Shown: positions 1 through 8,425, counted from the first letter of the stretch. The stretch: 64,000 bases of DNA from an uncultured Bacilli bacterium (GCA_947629315.1 CANRDB010000003.1:1718-65717); one strand, 5' to 3'. Numbers and translations: made by a program. The notes: generated by a model not told the origin, from the sequence alone.

Positions 1-750
1 TCTTCTAAAGTGCGTGATATTGACGCTTATATTAAAAATAAGCCTAGGATTATGATTATGACCAAAATAGATTTATGTGATCGTAAAGTTACTAATGAGT
101 GGATTTCCTATTATGAGGAAAATGGTTACCAAGTTTATCCTGTAGATTTAGAAAATACAACGAATCTACAAGAACTTATTCGCATGACGGAACAAAGAAT
201 GCAGGAAGAATTTCAAAAACGGGAAAGTAAGGGCATGAAAGCAAGGAAAATAAGGGTTCTGGTAGTAGGTGCTCCCAATGTAGGAAAAAGTACATTGATT
301 AATCGTCTGGTAGGAAAAAAAGCCGTTTCAGTTGGAAATCGTCCAGGTGTTACCAAACAATTAAGTTGGATTCGCATTAGTGATACTTTAGAATTATTAG
401 ATACTCCAGGTATACTTTGGCCTAAGTTAGAAGAAGCAGAAGTTGCTCTCAATCTAGCTTCTTTGACATCTATAAAAGAAGAGATACTTCCTATTGAAGA
501 TGTTGTATACCACATTTTATCGACTTTGGAAAAGTATTATCCCGAAAAATTGAAAGATCGTTTTGGAATTGAAACGGTTGATGAGGATACCTTTGAGGAT
601 GCTTTGATTACTATCGGTCAAAAAAGAGGTTGCATCGTTAAAGGAGGCAGCGTAGATTACGATAAGGTATATGCAGTAGTTATGAACGATGTGAAGTCAG
701 GACTCGTTCCAAAAATTACATTTGATCATTTTCATTCTGCAAAATTTTAA
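1..750 (+). CDS. rbgA: Ribosome biogenesis GTPase A (YlqF/RbgA), 5'-truncated by the window edge
   Basis: Frame is open from nt 1 (SSKVRDID...). Circularly permuted GTPase order: 'MTKIDLCD' (G4) precedes 'GAPNVGKSTLINRL' (G1) and 'DTPGILWP' (G3). Colinear with B. subtilis YlqF from about residue 45. Confidence 0.9.
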   Translation, partial: SSKVRDIDAYIKNKPRIMIMTKIDLCDRKVTNEWISYYEENGYQVYPVDLENTTNLQELIRMTEQRMQEEFQKRESKGMKARKIRVLVVGAPNVGKSTLINRLVGKKAVSVGNRPGVTKQLSWIRISDTLELLDTPGILWPKLEEAEVALNLASLTSIKEEILPIEDVVYHILSTLEKYYPEKLKDRFGIETVDEDTFEDALITIGQKRGCIVKGGSVDYDKVYAVVMNDVKSGLVPKITFDHFHSAKF

Positions 751-756
751 AATTGG

Positions 757-787
757 AGAAAACAAGATTTTTTGTTTTCTTTTTATT
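757..787 (+). terminator. Intrinsic terminator after rbgA
   Basis: 9-bp stem AGAAAACAA/TTGTTTTCT with a 6-nt loop, followed by TTTT. Confidence 0.7.
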
Positions 788-823
788 TGTGAGATGTTAT
801 AATGAAAAGGAAGTTGGTGGTCT

Positions 824-1219
824 ATGGATTTACAATGTCGTAATGTTTTAGCGCTTGCTTATGTAGGAGATAGCGTCTATGAAATATATATTCGGAAGTA
901 CCTTTTTAATAAAGGAATAGAAAAAGTACAAGAACTTCAAAAAGAAGCAATTCCCTATGTTAGTGCGAAAGGACAGTCAAATTATTTAGAACAACTATTG
1001 ACTAGTAATATCTTAACAGAGGAAGAAATTCGTTTGGTAAATCGTGCTCGAAACCATAAAAGTCATGCTAGCCCGAAACATACAGATGTGATTACGTATC
1101 ACCGGTCAACAGGTTTAGAGGCCTTGATTGGTTACTTGTACCTCAAACAGGATTTTGATAGAATAGATACCATCATGAATTTTATTCTCTATGGAATGGA
1201 TGGAAAGGAGAACGATTAG
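824..1219 (+). CDS. mrnC: Mini-ribonuclease 3 (Mini-III, YazC)
   Basis: 131 aa. RNase III signature region 'LALAYVGDSVYEIYIR' without a dsRBD. Sits immediately upstream of rlmB as in B. subtilis. Confidence 0.85.
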   Translation: MDLQCRNVLALAYVGDSVYEIYIRKYLFNKGIEKVQELQKEAIPYVSAKGQSNYLEQLLTSNILTEEEIRLVNRARNHKSHASPKHTDVITYHRSTGLEALIGYLYLKQDFDRIDTIMNFILYGMDGKEND

Positions 1220-1917
1220 TGTATATTTTTGGAAAAAATGTTGCTTATGAAGCGATTAAAAAACCACGTCAAATCAAAAGAGTCTTTTTAGATAAAAATT
1301 GGAAAGATGATAGATTTCTCCAACTCTTACATAGGGAGAATATTCCGACCGATTTTTTAGCAAAAAGGGATTTAGACAAGAAAGTAGATGGACTTCATCA
1401 AGGAGTGATTTTAGAGATAGAGGATTATCACTATGCCTCTTTAGAATCTCTTTTGGAAAAAGAGAACCCACTACTCGTGATTTTAGATCATGTTGAGGAC
1501 CCTCATAATTTTGGAGCGATTATTCGTACTTGTGAAGCAGCAGGAGTTGATGGCATTATCATTCCGAATCATCGAGGAGTCGAAGTAAATGGTACCGTTG
1601 TGAAAACGAGTGTGGGCACGACTGAAAAAATGAAAATTGTGAAAGTGGCCAATTTAGTGAACACGATTCGTCTTTTGAAAGATAAAGGCTTTTGGATATT
1701 TGGAACAGATATGGTTGGTACGGATTATACGACGTTAGATTATCGTGGAAAAACAGCCATTGTATGTGGTAATGAAGGAAGTGGAATGAGTCGTTTGGTG
1801 GCTGAACATTGTGATTTTACGGCAATGATTCCTATGCAAGGAACGGTTAATAGTTTAAATGCTTCCGTCGCTACTGCCATTATTGTGTTTGAGGCAGTTA
1901 AGTGTAGAAGGGGGTAA
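1219..1917 (+). CDS. rlmB: 23S rRNA (guanosine-2'-O)-methyltransferase RlmB/YacO (SpoU/TrmH family)
   Basis: GTG start overlaps the mrnC stop by 1 nt, with AGGAG 8 nt upstream. SpoU motifs 'LDHVEDPHNFGAIIRT', 'GNEGSGMS' and 'SLNASVA'. Confidence 0.85.
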   Translation: MYIFGKNVAYEAIKKPRQIKRVFLDKNWKDDRFLQLLHRENIPTDFLAKRDLDKKVDGLHQGVILEIEDYHYASLESLLEKENPLLVILDHVEDPHNFGAIIRTCEAAGVDGIIIPNHRGVEVNGTVVKTSVGTTEKMKIVKVANLVNTIRLLKDKGFWIFGTDMVGTDYTTLDYRGKTAIVCGNEGSGMSRLVAEHCDFTAMIPMQGTVNSLNASVATAIIVFEAVKCRRG

Positions 1918-1918
1918 T

Positions 1919-2530
1919 ATGGATTATTCCGATTTAAATGATTTTGAATTACTTTCCTATGCCTATGAAAGTGATGAAGATGCGAAAAATATTCTTTTAA
2001 AAAAATATGAACCATTAATTGCTTCGATGGTTACACGCATGTTAAAGTCTTGTCCCTATATGGGATTAGATAAGAATGATTTAATGCAAGAGGGCATGAT
2101 GGGTTTGGTTCATGCGATTGAACATTTTAATAATCAAAAAGATATTTCTTTCTACACGTATGCGAAAACTTGCATAACGAGAAGTTTGATTAGTACGATT
2201 ATTGCTTCTAAGCGATTAAAACATCGTGCACTCAATGAGTCAATTTCGATTAATACAGAGGAAGAAGATGTTTCCTTTGATAAGGTCTTGAAAGATAATC
2301 AAGCTAATCCTGAAAATATCATTATGGACATGCAAATGACAGAAGAGTTGATGGAAAACATTCGTAAAAAGTTAACTGATTTTGAATTGCAAGTGTTTGA
2401 ATTAATGATTAGTTATTTTAGTTACCGGGAGATTGCTGTTATTTTAGATAAAGATAAAAAACAGGTTGATAATGCGATTCAAAGAATTAAAGCCAAAGCT
2501 AAGGAACAATTAAAAGAGATGAATTTGTAG
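1919..2530 (+). CDS. sigH: RNA polymerase sigma factor SigH (sigma-30)-like
   Basis: The ORF track starts at 1859. I trimmed it to the ATG at 1919 (MDYSDL...), just after the rlmB stop. Matches B. subtilis SigH blocks 'QEGMMGL', 'CITRSLISTII' and 'DNAIQRIKAK'. Position after rlmB is syntenic. Confidence 0.85.
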   Translation: MDYSDLNDFELLSYAYESDEDAKNILLKKYEPLIASMVTRMLKSCPYMGLDKNDLMQEGMMGLVHAIEHFNNQKDISFYTYAKTCITRSLISTIIASKRLKHRALNESISINTEEEDVSFDKVLKDNQANPENIIMDMQMTEELMENIRKKLTDFELQVFELMISYFSYREIAVILDKDKKQVDNAIQRIKAKAKEQLKEMNL

Positions 2531-2585
2531 GAAAATGTTTTCTGATAGAAATTCTTTCGCGTGTTTCGATATCATTAGGAAATAC

Positions 2586-2610
2586 AGTATGCATAACGCA
2601 TACTTTTTTA
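2586..2610 (+). terminator. Intrinsic terminator after sigH
   Basis: Stem AGTATGC/GCATACT with a 5-nt loop, then TTTTTT. Confidence 0.75.
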
Positions 2611-2703
2611 TGCTCTTAGAAAAACATTGATAGACGGTTACGAATGAATTTTGATTTTTAGCAAGCAAAAAATGACAGTATTTCGTTTTCGTTTGAATTT
2701 TTC

Positions 2704-2732
2704 TTGCATTCCCGAAAAGATTTTTATATAAT
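2704..2732 (+). promoter_or_regulatory. Sigma-A-type promoter for the SDR gene
   Basis: TTGCAT (2704-2709), 17-nt spacer, TATAAT (2727-2732). Confidence 0.65.
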
Positions 2733-2749
2733 GAGTTTAGGGTGATGGT

Positions 2750-3502
2750 ATGAAAGCGTTGATAACAGGAGCATCCTCTGGATTAGGTGCTCAAATGGCC
2801 GTGGAACTTAGCAATCTAGGATATGACTTAATATTGGTTGCTAGGAGAAAAACGAGATTAGAATCTTTAAAAAAATCACTCCCCACTAAGGTAGAAATTA
2901 TTCCTTTAGATTTGGGAAGTACGTTTAATTGTATGAAACTTTATGAACAGGTAAAAACAGAAGACATTGATATTGTTATCAATAATGCTGGTTTTGGTAT
3001 GGTAGGAGAATTTGTCGATACCAATCTTGATCGAGAATTAGATATGATTGATTTGAATATTAAGACAGTTCATACATTAACCAAATGCTTTTTAAAAAGT
3101 TTTGTGGAAAAAGATAAGGGGTATATTTTAAATGTAGCTTCCTCTGCTGCTTTTCAACCTGGACCTTTAATGGCTACCTACTATGCAACCAAAAGTTATG
3201 TATATGCCATGACGATGGCTCTCTATGAGGAATTGAGAAGGGAACACAGTCACGTTTATGTTGGATGTCTTTGTCCAGGCCCAGTCGATACTGAATTTAA
3301 TAAAGTAGCGAAAGTGGAGTTTTCTATTCCTGGCTTGAGTTGTGAGTATGCCTCTCACTATGCGATTAAAAAAATGTTTCAAAGAAAATTGGTGATTATT
3401 CCAGGTTTTCAGATGAAGGCTGTTTATCATTTATCAAAATTTGTACCACGAAAATTAAAATTGAGAATGACCTATCGTATTCAAAAGAAGAAATTGGGGT
3501 AA
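2750..3502 (+). CDS. Short-chain dehydrogenase/reductase (SDR) family oxidoreductase
   Basis: N-terminal Rossmann motif 'ALITGASSGLG', 'NNAG', and catalytic 'YYATKSYV' (YxxxK). 250 aa. Confidence 0.85.
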   Translation: MKALITGASSGLGAQMAVELSNLGYDLILVARRKTRLESLKKSLPTKVEIIPLDLGSTFNCMKLYEQVKTEDIDIVINNAGFGMVGEFVDTNLDRELDMIDLNIKTVHTLTKCFLKSFVEKDKGYILNVASSAAFQPGPLMATYYATKSYVYAMTMALYEELRREHSHVYVGCLCPGPVDTEFNKVAKVEFSIPGLSCEYASHYAIKKMFQRKLVIIPGFQMKAVYHLSKFVPRKLKLRMTYRIQKKKLG

Positions 3503-3514
3503 CCAATTTTTTTC

Positions 3515-3543
3515 TTGCAATTTTCTTTCGTTTCTTATATAAT
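3515..3543 (+). promoter_or_regulatory. Sigma-A-type promoter for the 3573 gene
   Basis: TTGCAA (3515-3520), 17-nt spacer, TATAAT (3538-3543). Confidence 0.6.
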
Positions 3544-3572
3544 ATTGATGTTTTGCGAAAAGGAGCGATAGT

Positions 3573-4496
3573 ATGATAAAAATTCATCGACTCAATATGG
3601 AAGATTATCGAAATACATTTTTAAAACATTCTCCTATATTAGTCCATAGTGATTGTAGTACGTTGTACCGAGTAAAACCTAATGAGTTTACAGCCGGAGG
3701 TATTTTAAAACACTACAATGGCTGCAATTTGCCAGCAGATTTTATGGCATTCTTATTAGAGATGTGGCCACAAATTTTAGAGGGATTATCACAATTCGAT
3801 GATTTTGATGAATTGTTAAAAGTGACAGACTTATTTTATGTAAATGATGTTTTTTGTGGACAGTTATCAGAAGAGTTAAGCCCACAATACGTAAATTTTG
3901 AAGAATATGTAAGAAAAACAGTAGGAACTGATTTATCAAGTTTAGTAACGATGTTTAAAAGTTTCAATCAACTAATGGAAAAGGCAATTGCACATGATAC
4001 GGTACTCGCCGATATTACAACCGGTGGAAATCTAAAGTATCATCCTCAAACGAATCAATTCAAAGTATTGGATTTAGAGGGAGTACAATATCAGAAGAAG
4101 TTCCCTTATTCTGTTTCTGATGTTTTGGGAATACAGGATAATTCGGATTTTACGGCTTTGTATTTACAAAAGAATCGAGACAATACTTGTTATTTAACGA
4201 GAAATTTCAATCGGGCGATTGTCTTAATTTATTTTATTAAACTTGCGACAGATTTTGTTTGCTTACCGATTTCTTATCCTGGTTTTGTACCGATGTCGGT
4301 AGGGTGTGAAGTCCTCTTACATTCGATGGGCCTCATGGAAGATTCTATTTTAGCGCCTTATATTCGTAAGATGTTTGCAGGGAAAGTCGATTCTGCTATT
4401 TCTGATGAAACATGGGATGCATTTGCTAAAACCTATACCTTGCAACCTACGTATTATGGGGTTGGTATTCCAGGCTATAAATTTCAAAAAAAGTAA
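3573..4496 (+). CDS. Hypothetical cytoplasmic protein, 307 aa, family not recognised
   Basis: Long ORF with AAGGAG 7-8 nt upstream of the ATG and its own promoter. No TM segment or signal peptide. A weak kinase-like D-x5-N...DLE arrangement lies at aa 141-170 (see findings). Confidence 0.7.
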   Translation: MIKIHRLNMEDYRNTFLKHSPILVHSDCSTLYRVKPNEFTAGGILKHYNGCNLPADFMAFLLEMWPQILEGLSQFDDFDELLKVTDLFYVNDVFCGQLSEELSPQYVNFEEYVRKTVGTDLSSLVTMFKSFNQLMEKAIAHDTVLADITTGGNLKYHPQTNQFKVLDLEGVQYQKKFPYSVSDVLGIQDNSDFTALYLQKNRDNTCYLTRNFNRAIVLIYFIKLATDFVCLPISYPGFVPMSVGCEVLLHSMGLMEDSILAPYIRKMFAGKVDSAISDETWDAFAKTYTLQPTYYGVGIPGYKFQKK

Positions 4497-4523
4497 CAGT
4501 TTTTTAGAAAACACTTTATTTTA

Positions 4524-4552
4524 TTGACATTCTTGTAGGTTTGTGATACATT
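4524..4552 (+). promoter_or_regulatory. Sigma-A-type promoter upstream of secE-nusG
   Basis: TTGACA (4524-4529), 17-nt spacer, TACATT (4547-4552). Confidence 0.6.
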
Positions 4553-4615
4553 AATGTTAACACGAAAAAGGTGTTTTTATTTTGAAATAAAAACAGAAAG
4601 GATTTTGGTGAACAA

Positions 4616-4795
4616 ATGAAGAATATTGCAAAATTTTTTGTAGGGGTAAAAAAGGAAATGGGCAAAGTAAGATGGCCAAATCGCAAAGAGATGGTTACAT
4701 ATTCTCTAGCGACAATTTCATTTATTGTCATCTTTGCTCTGTTCTTTGTTGGTAGTGATGCTCTTCTTAGTGCCATTATGAAGGTGTTTCAATAA
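4616..4795 (+). CDS. secE: Preprotein translocase subunit SecE (59 aa; absent from the ORF track)
   Basis: Own translation: MKNIAKFFVGVKKEMGKVRWPNRKEMVTYSLATISFIVIFALFFVGSDALLSAIMKVFQ. It has the 'E..KV.WP...E' motif followed by a single TM. The TAA overlaps the nusG ATG (TAATG). Position before nusG is conserved. Confidence 0.85.
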   Translation: MKNIAKFFVGVKKEMGKVRWPNRKEMVTYSLATISFIVIFALFFVGSDALLSAIMKVFQ

Positions 4796-5331
4796 TGGAA
4801 AAAGAATGGTATGTTGTTAATACTTATTCTGGACATGAGAATAAGGTAAAAGAAAAGTTAGAGATGCGTGCTTCTACGATGGGAATGGAAGATTATATTT
4901 TCCGTGTCGTAGTACCTGAACAAAAGCAAATTGAAGAAAAAGATGGCGTTCAAAAGGAAAAAGTAACTAAGATGTTTCCTGGTTATATTCTTGTCGAAAT
5001 GGTAATGACAGATGAAGCTTGGTTTATTGTTCGTAATACACCAGGAGTAACGGGATTTATTGGTTCTTCTGGTAAAGGAGCAAAACCATTCCCTTTAACA
5101 CCACAAGAAGTGGATAAGATTTTGAGTAGTATGGGTATGAGCCGATTAGATATCGGTAATGAAGTCAAAGTAGGAGATACGGTTCGTGTCATTACGGGTG
5201 CATTCTCTAATATGTATGGAAAAGTTAAAAATATTGATTTAGCAGGACAGAAGTTAGAAGTGGCACTTGATTTATTCGGACAGGAAACTAGTGTTGAAGT
5301 TGGATTCACAGAAATCGAGAAATCTAATTAA
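4795..5331 (+). CDS. nusG: Transcription termination/antitermination factor NusG
   Basis: 'WYVVNTYSGHENKVK' NGN domain and C-terminal KOW ('GDTVRVITGAF...G'). secE-nusG-rplK synteny. Confidence 0.95.
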   Translation: MEKEWYVVNTYSGHENKVKEKLEMRASTMGMEDYIFRVVVPEQKQIEEKDGVQKEKVTKMFPGYILVEMVMTDEAWFIVRNTPGVTGFIGSSGKGAKPFPLTPQEVDKILSSMGMSRLDIGNEVKVGDTVRVITGAFSNMYGKVKNIDLAGQKLEVALDLFGQETSVEVGFTEIEKSN

Positions 5332-5337
5332 AAAATG

Positions 5338-5366
5338 TTTACAAAATAAGGATTTTATGTTATTAT
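5338..5366 (+). promoter_or_regulatory. Sigma-A-type promoter upstream of rplK-rplA
   Basis: TTTACA (5338-5343), 17-nt spacer, TATTAT (5361-5366). Confidence 0.55.
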
Positions 5367-5373
5367 GAAAGGG

Positions 5374-5399
5374 CTATATGGATTTTTCATATAGTTTTT
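5374..5399 (+). terminator. Terminator-like hairpin between nusG and rplK (nusG terminator or rplK leader attenuator)
   Basis: 7-bp AT-rich stem CTATATG/CATATAG with a 7-nt loop, then TTTTT. It lies only 8 nt downstream of the putative -10, so its role is ambiguous. Confidence 0.45.
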
Positions 5400-5466
5400 A
5401 GTGGGAGATTTGTTAATAGCGGATTCATTAGAACCACGGCGAAAAAATATATAGGAGGTGTTTTTC

Positions 5467-5889
5467 GTGGCACAATTAGTTAAAAAGATTAAACTACAAA
5501 TTCCTGCGGGAAAAGCTACACCTGCTCCACCAGTTGGAACAGTTTTAGGACCTGCCGGAATCAATTTACAAGAGTTTTGTACAAAGTATAATGATGCAAC
5601 TAAAGATAAAATGGGAGATATTTTACCAGTTGAGATTTCTGTTTATGATGATAGAAGTTTCACATTTGTAATTAAAACTCCACCAACTGCATTCTTAATT
5701 AAGAAAGTTGGAAATGTTAAAAAAGGTTCAACGAAAGGTAAAAATGAAATTGTTGGTAAATTAACGAAAGCACAAGTAAGAGAGATTGCAGAAATTAAGT
5801 TACCTGATTTAAATTGTTACACAGTTGAAGAAGCTATGAAGATTGTTGAAGGAACGGCCAAGAATATGGGCGTTGCTGTTGAAGAATAA
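5467..5889 (+). CDS. rplK: 50S ribosomal protein L11
   Basis: Start trimmed to the GTG at 5467, 8 nt after AGGAGG (5453-5458). '[22 protein letters not shown]...F' is the L11 signature. Confidence 0.95.
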   Translation: MAQLVKKIKLQIPAGKATPAPPVGTVLGPAGINLQEFCTKYNDATKDKMGDILPVEISVYDDRSFTFVIKTPPTAFLIKKVGNVKKGSTKGKNEIVGKLTKAQVREIAEIKLPDLNCYTVEEAMKIVEGTAKNMGVAVEE

Positions 5890-5982
5890 TAAGTAAAGAG
5901 AAAAGAAACATAGGGGAATCCTATGTGGGAGGAAAATCCGCATTCCACATTTTCCATTACTACCACACAAGGAGGTTAAAAA

Positions 5983-6678
5983 ATGAAAAAAGGAAAAAAA
6001 TATGTAGAAGCTGCTTCTAAAGTAGAAAAAGGAAAAGTTTATACGAAAGAAGAAGCAATCAAACTAGTAAAAGAGACTGCTACAGCCAAATTTGATGAAA
6101 CAGTTGAGTTAGTATTACGTTTGAATCTAGACACTAAAAAAACTGATCAACAATTACGTGGTGCGACTGTGTTACCAAATGGAATTGGTAAAGTAAAGAA
6201 AGTGTTAGTGTTAGCGAAAGGTGAACAAGCAAGTCAAGCAAAAGAAGCTGGAGCTGATTATGTTGGAGATGCTGACATGATTGAAAAAATTGAAAAGGAA
6301 AACTGGTTCGATTTTGATACCATTATTGCTACTCCAGATATGATGCCACAACTTGGTAAAATTGGTCGTGTTTTAGGACCTAGAGGTTTGATGCCAAACC
6401 CTAAGACCGGAACGGTTACCATGGATACTAGAAGAGCAGTAGAAGATGTCAAAAAAGGACGCGTGGAATATCGTACAGATAGTTTTGGCAATGTTGCTGT
6501 TTCTATTGGAAAGGTATCTTTTGATGCTGATAAACTTCTTGGTAATTTAGATGCTTTCGTAGCACTTATTATTAAGACAAAACCATCTGCTGTAAAAGGA
6601 AAATATATTAAGAATATTAGTGTTTCTACAACGATGGGTCCTGGTATTAAAATAGATACCAATAGTTTTGAAGGTTAA
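5983..6678 (+). CDS. rplA: 50S ribosomal protein L1
   Basis: AAGGAGG RBS. 'FDETVELVLRLNLD', 'RGATVLPNG' and 'LGPRGLMPNPK.GTVT' L1 motifs. Confidence 0.95.
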   Translation: MKKGKKYVEAASKVEKGKVYTKEEAIKLVKETATAKFDETVELVLRLNLDTKKTDQQLRGATVLPNGIGKVKKVLVLAKGEQASQAKEAGADYVGDADMIEKIEKENWFDFDTIIATPDMMPQLGKIGRVLGPRGLMPNPKTGTVTMDTRRAVEDVKKGRVEYRTDSFGNVAVSIGKVSFDADKLLGNLDAFVALIIKTKPSAVKGKYIKNISVSTTMGPGIKIDTNSFEG

Positions 6679-6680
6679 GG

Positions 6681-6709
6681 TTTACTTTTGAAAAAAAGTA
6701 TGTTATAAT
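6681..6709 (+). promoter_or_regulatory. Sigma-A-type promoter for rplJ-rplL
   Basis: TTTACT (6681-6686), 17-nt spacer ending in TGT (extended -10), TATAAT (6704-6709). Confidence 0.65.
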
Positions 6710-6715
6710 CATTGC

Positions 6716-6857
6716 ATGTGAGGAAATAGTACCGTAGACAGTAGGGGACTGTAGTCTTAATCATCCTACCGAGGAACTTAATGAAATTAAGAACTCTAAA
6801 GTCCCTACGGTAAGTGGGGACTTTTTAACGGTATTACACAAGATAAGGAGGTGTAAT
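6716..6857 (+). promoter_or_regulatory. L10(L12)4 ribosomal-protein leader with a terminator/antiterminator switch
   Basis: About 140-nt 5'UTR before rplJ. Terminator AGTCCC(6800-6805)/GGGACT(6817-6822) plus TTTTT. Upstream GTAGGGGACT (about 6743-6752) is near-complementary to AGTCCCTAC (6800-6808) and gives a mutually exclusive pairing. The position matches the Firmicute L10 leader. Confidence 0.65.
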
Positions 6858-7355
6858 ATGGCTAATCAAAAAATATTAGACCAAAAGCAAGAAATAATCA
6901 ATGAGATTACAGAGAACGTTAAAAACTCTAGTTCATTCATTTTCCTAGAAAATCATGGATTAACGGTTGCTGAGACAATGGAACTAAGAAGAGCACTTAA
7001 AGAGAGCGATTCCGAGTTAAAAATTTACAAAAATACCTTAGTAAATCGTGCATTGTCTTCTATGAATATCGACCTATCAGCAGAATTAAATGGACCGAAA
7101 ATTGTTGCTTTTGGTAGCGATATTGTAGAACCAATCAAGGCTGTTTCAAAATTTGCTGAAAAACATCCTAATTTAGAGATGAAATTAGGAATTGTTGACG
7201 GAGAAATTACCGATTTAGCAACTTTGAAGAAATTGGCAACCATTCCATCAAGAGACGGATTACTTACTATGTTTGCTGGTGGTTTGATGGGTATTGCAAG
7301 AGACTTTGCAATTTGCTTAGATTTACATGCTAAAAATTTAGAAGAAAATAAATAA
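6858..7355 (+). CDS. rplJ: 50S ribosomal protein L10
   Basis: AGGAGGTG RBS. 165 aa, with typical L10 N-terminal and synteny before rplL. Confidence 0.95.
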   Translation: MANQKILDQKQEIINEITENVKNSSSFIFLENHGLTVAETMELRRALKESDSELKIYKNTLVNRALSSMNIDLSAELNGPKIVAFGSDIVEPIKAVSKFAEKHPNLEMKLGIVDGEITDLATLKKLATIPSRDGLLTMFAGGLMGIARDFAICLDLHAKNLEENK

Positions 7356-7384
7356 TAAATTAAATATATAAAGGAGGATTTAAA

Positions 7385-7762
7385 ATGGCAAAATTAAGCG
7401 CACAAGAAATTATTGATTCTTTAAAAGAAATGACACTTTTAGAGATTAAAGAAGTAGTAGATTTAATGAAAGAGGAATTTGGTGTTGATCCATCTGCAGT
7501 AGCAGTTGCTGCTCCTGTTGCTGGTGGTGCCCAAGCTGCAGCAGAGGAAGGACCTTCATCTTACGATGTAGTTCTTGCTAGTGCTGGTCCAAACAAAATC
7601 AACGTTATTAAACTTGTTAAAGAGATTACAGGATTAGGTTTAGGAGAAGCTAAAGCTATCGCTGATAACGGTGGAGTTGTTAAAGAAAAAGTTCCTGCAA
7701 GTGAAGCTGAAGAAATGAAAGCTAAATTTGAAGAAGCTGGCGCTACTATCGAATTAAAATAA
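7385..7762 (+). CDS. rplL: 50S ribosomal protein L7/L12
   Basis: Ala-rich hinge 'AVAVAAPVAGGAQAAAEE' and C-terminal 'KINVIKLVKEITGLGLGEAKA'. Confidence 0.95.
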   Translation: MAKLSAQEIIDSLKEMTLLEIKEVVDLMKEEFGVDPSAVAVAAPVAGGAQAAAEEGPSSYDVVLASAGPNKINVIKLVKEITGLGLGEAKAIADNGGVVKEKVPASEAEEMKAKFEEAGATIELK

Positions 7763-7782
7763 TTAGTTTTATTACATGGTTT

Positions 7783-7821
7783 AGCCTGTGCCGTTTTTCG
7801 GCATGGGCTTTCACCGTTTTT
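7783..7821 (+). terminator. Intrinsic terminator after rplL
   Basis: 11-bp stem AGCCTGTGCCG/CGGCATGGGCT (two G.U pairs), TTTTT loop, U-rich tract downstream. Confidence 0.65.
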
Positions 7822-7840
7822 AAGAACTAGGAGGAAACTA

Positions 7841-8425
7841 ATGTCACATTATTTTATCAATGATGAAACTGTAAAGAGTGAGGAACAGGTAACGAAAGCA
7901 GTGATTCAAGGACAACTTTTTACCTTTTGGACAGACCATAATGTATTTTCTAAAAACGGGTTAGACTTTGGAACACGGACGTTGTTAGAGAGTCTTGACG
8001 TTTCTCACTTAAAGGGAAAAATATTAGATTTTGGCTGTGGATATGGCCCGATTGGTATTTTTCTTGCTAAACAAAACTTAACAGTTGATATGATTGATGT
8101 GAATCAAAGAGCAATTCATTTATCTTTGAAAAATGCGAAAGTCAATGGGGTAGAAGTTTCTGTTTTTGAAAGTAATTTATATGAACACGTCAAAGATCAG
8201 TATGATTATATTATTACGAATCCACCGATAAGAGTAGGCAAAAAAATTTTATATGAAATTTTAATGGGGGCAAAAGACCATTTAAAGGCGGATGGACAAC
8301 TTATCTTTGTAATTCATAAGGATCAAGGAGCAAAAACGGTTGCTCGAGATTTAAGTACAGTTTATGAAATAGAAATTTTAGAAAAAAATAAAGGATTTTA
8401 TGTTTTTGCTTGCAAAATCCGTTGA
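7841..8425 (+). CDS. Class I SAM-dependent methyltransferase (RsmC/RlmG-like small domain; YbxB position)
   Basis: 'ILDFGCGYGPIG' SAM motif I and the 'ITNPPI' N-methyltransferase motif IV. Sits between rplL and rpoB like B. subtilis ybxB. Confidence 0.8.
   Translation: MSHYFINDETVKSEEQVTKAVIQGQLFTFWTDHNVFSKNGLDFGTRTLLESLDVSHLKGKILDFGCGYGPIGIFLAKQNLTVDMIDVNQRAIHLSLKNAKVNGVEVSVFESNLYEHVKDQYDYIITNPPIRVGKKILYEILMGAKDHLKADGQLIFVIHKDQGAKTVARDLSTVYEIEILEKNKGFYVFACKIR

Noticed and set aside
1859-1918. N-terminal extensions proposed by the ORF track (for example sigH from 1859, rpoB from 8457, the transporter from 17679, yunB from 36471, thiI from 53767, cotE from 61555, rpsP from 62157)
   Set aside because: The extensions overlap upstream genes or promoters. 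In nearly every case an internal start has a proper SD at 5-9 nt and matches the conserved protein N-terminus (yunB lacks a clear SD). I trimmed each one in the feature list.
4516-4776. 86-aa minus-strand ORF in the sigH/secE region
   Set aside because: It lies antisense to a clear SecE gene and to the promoter-bearing spacer. It has no RBS, and its translation is low-complexity.
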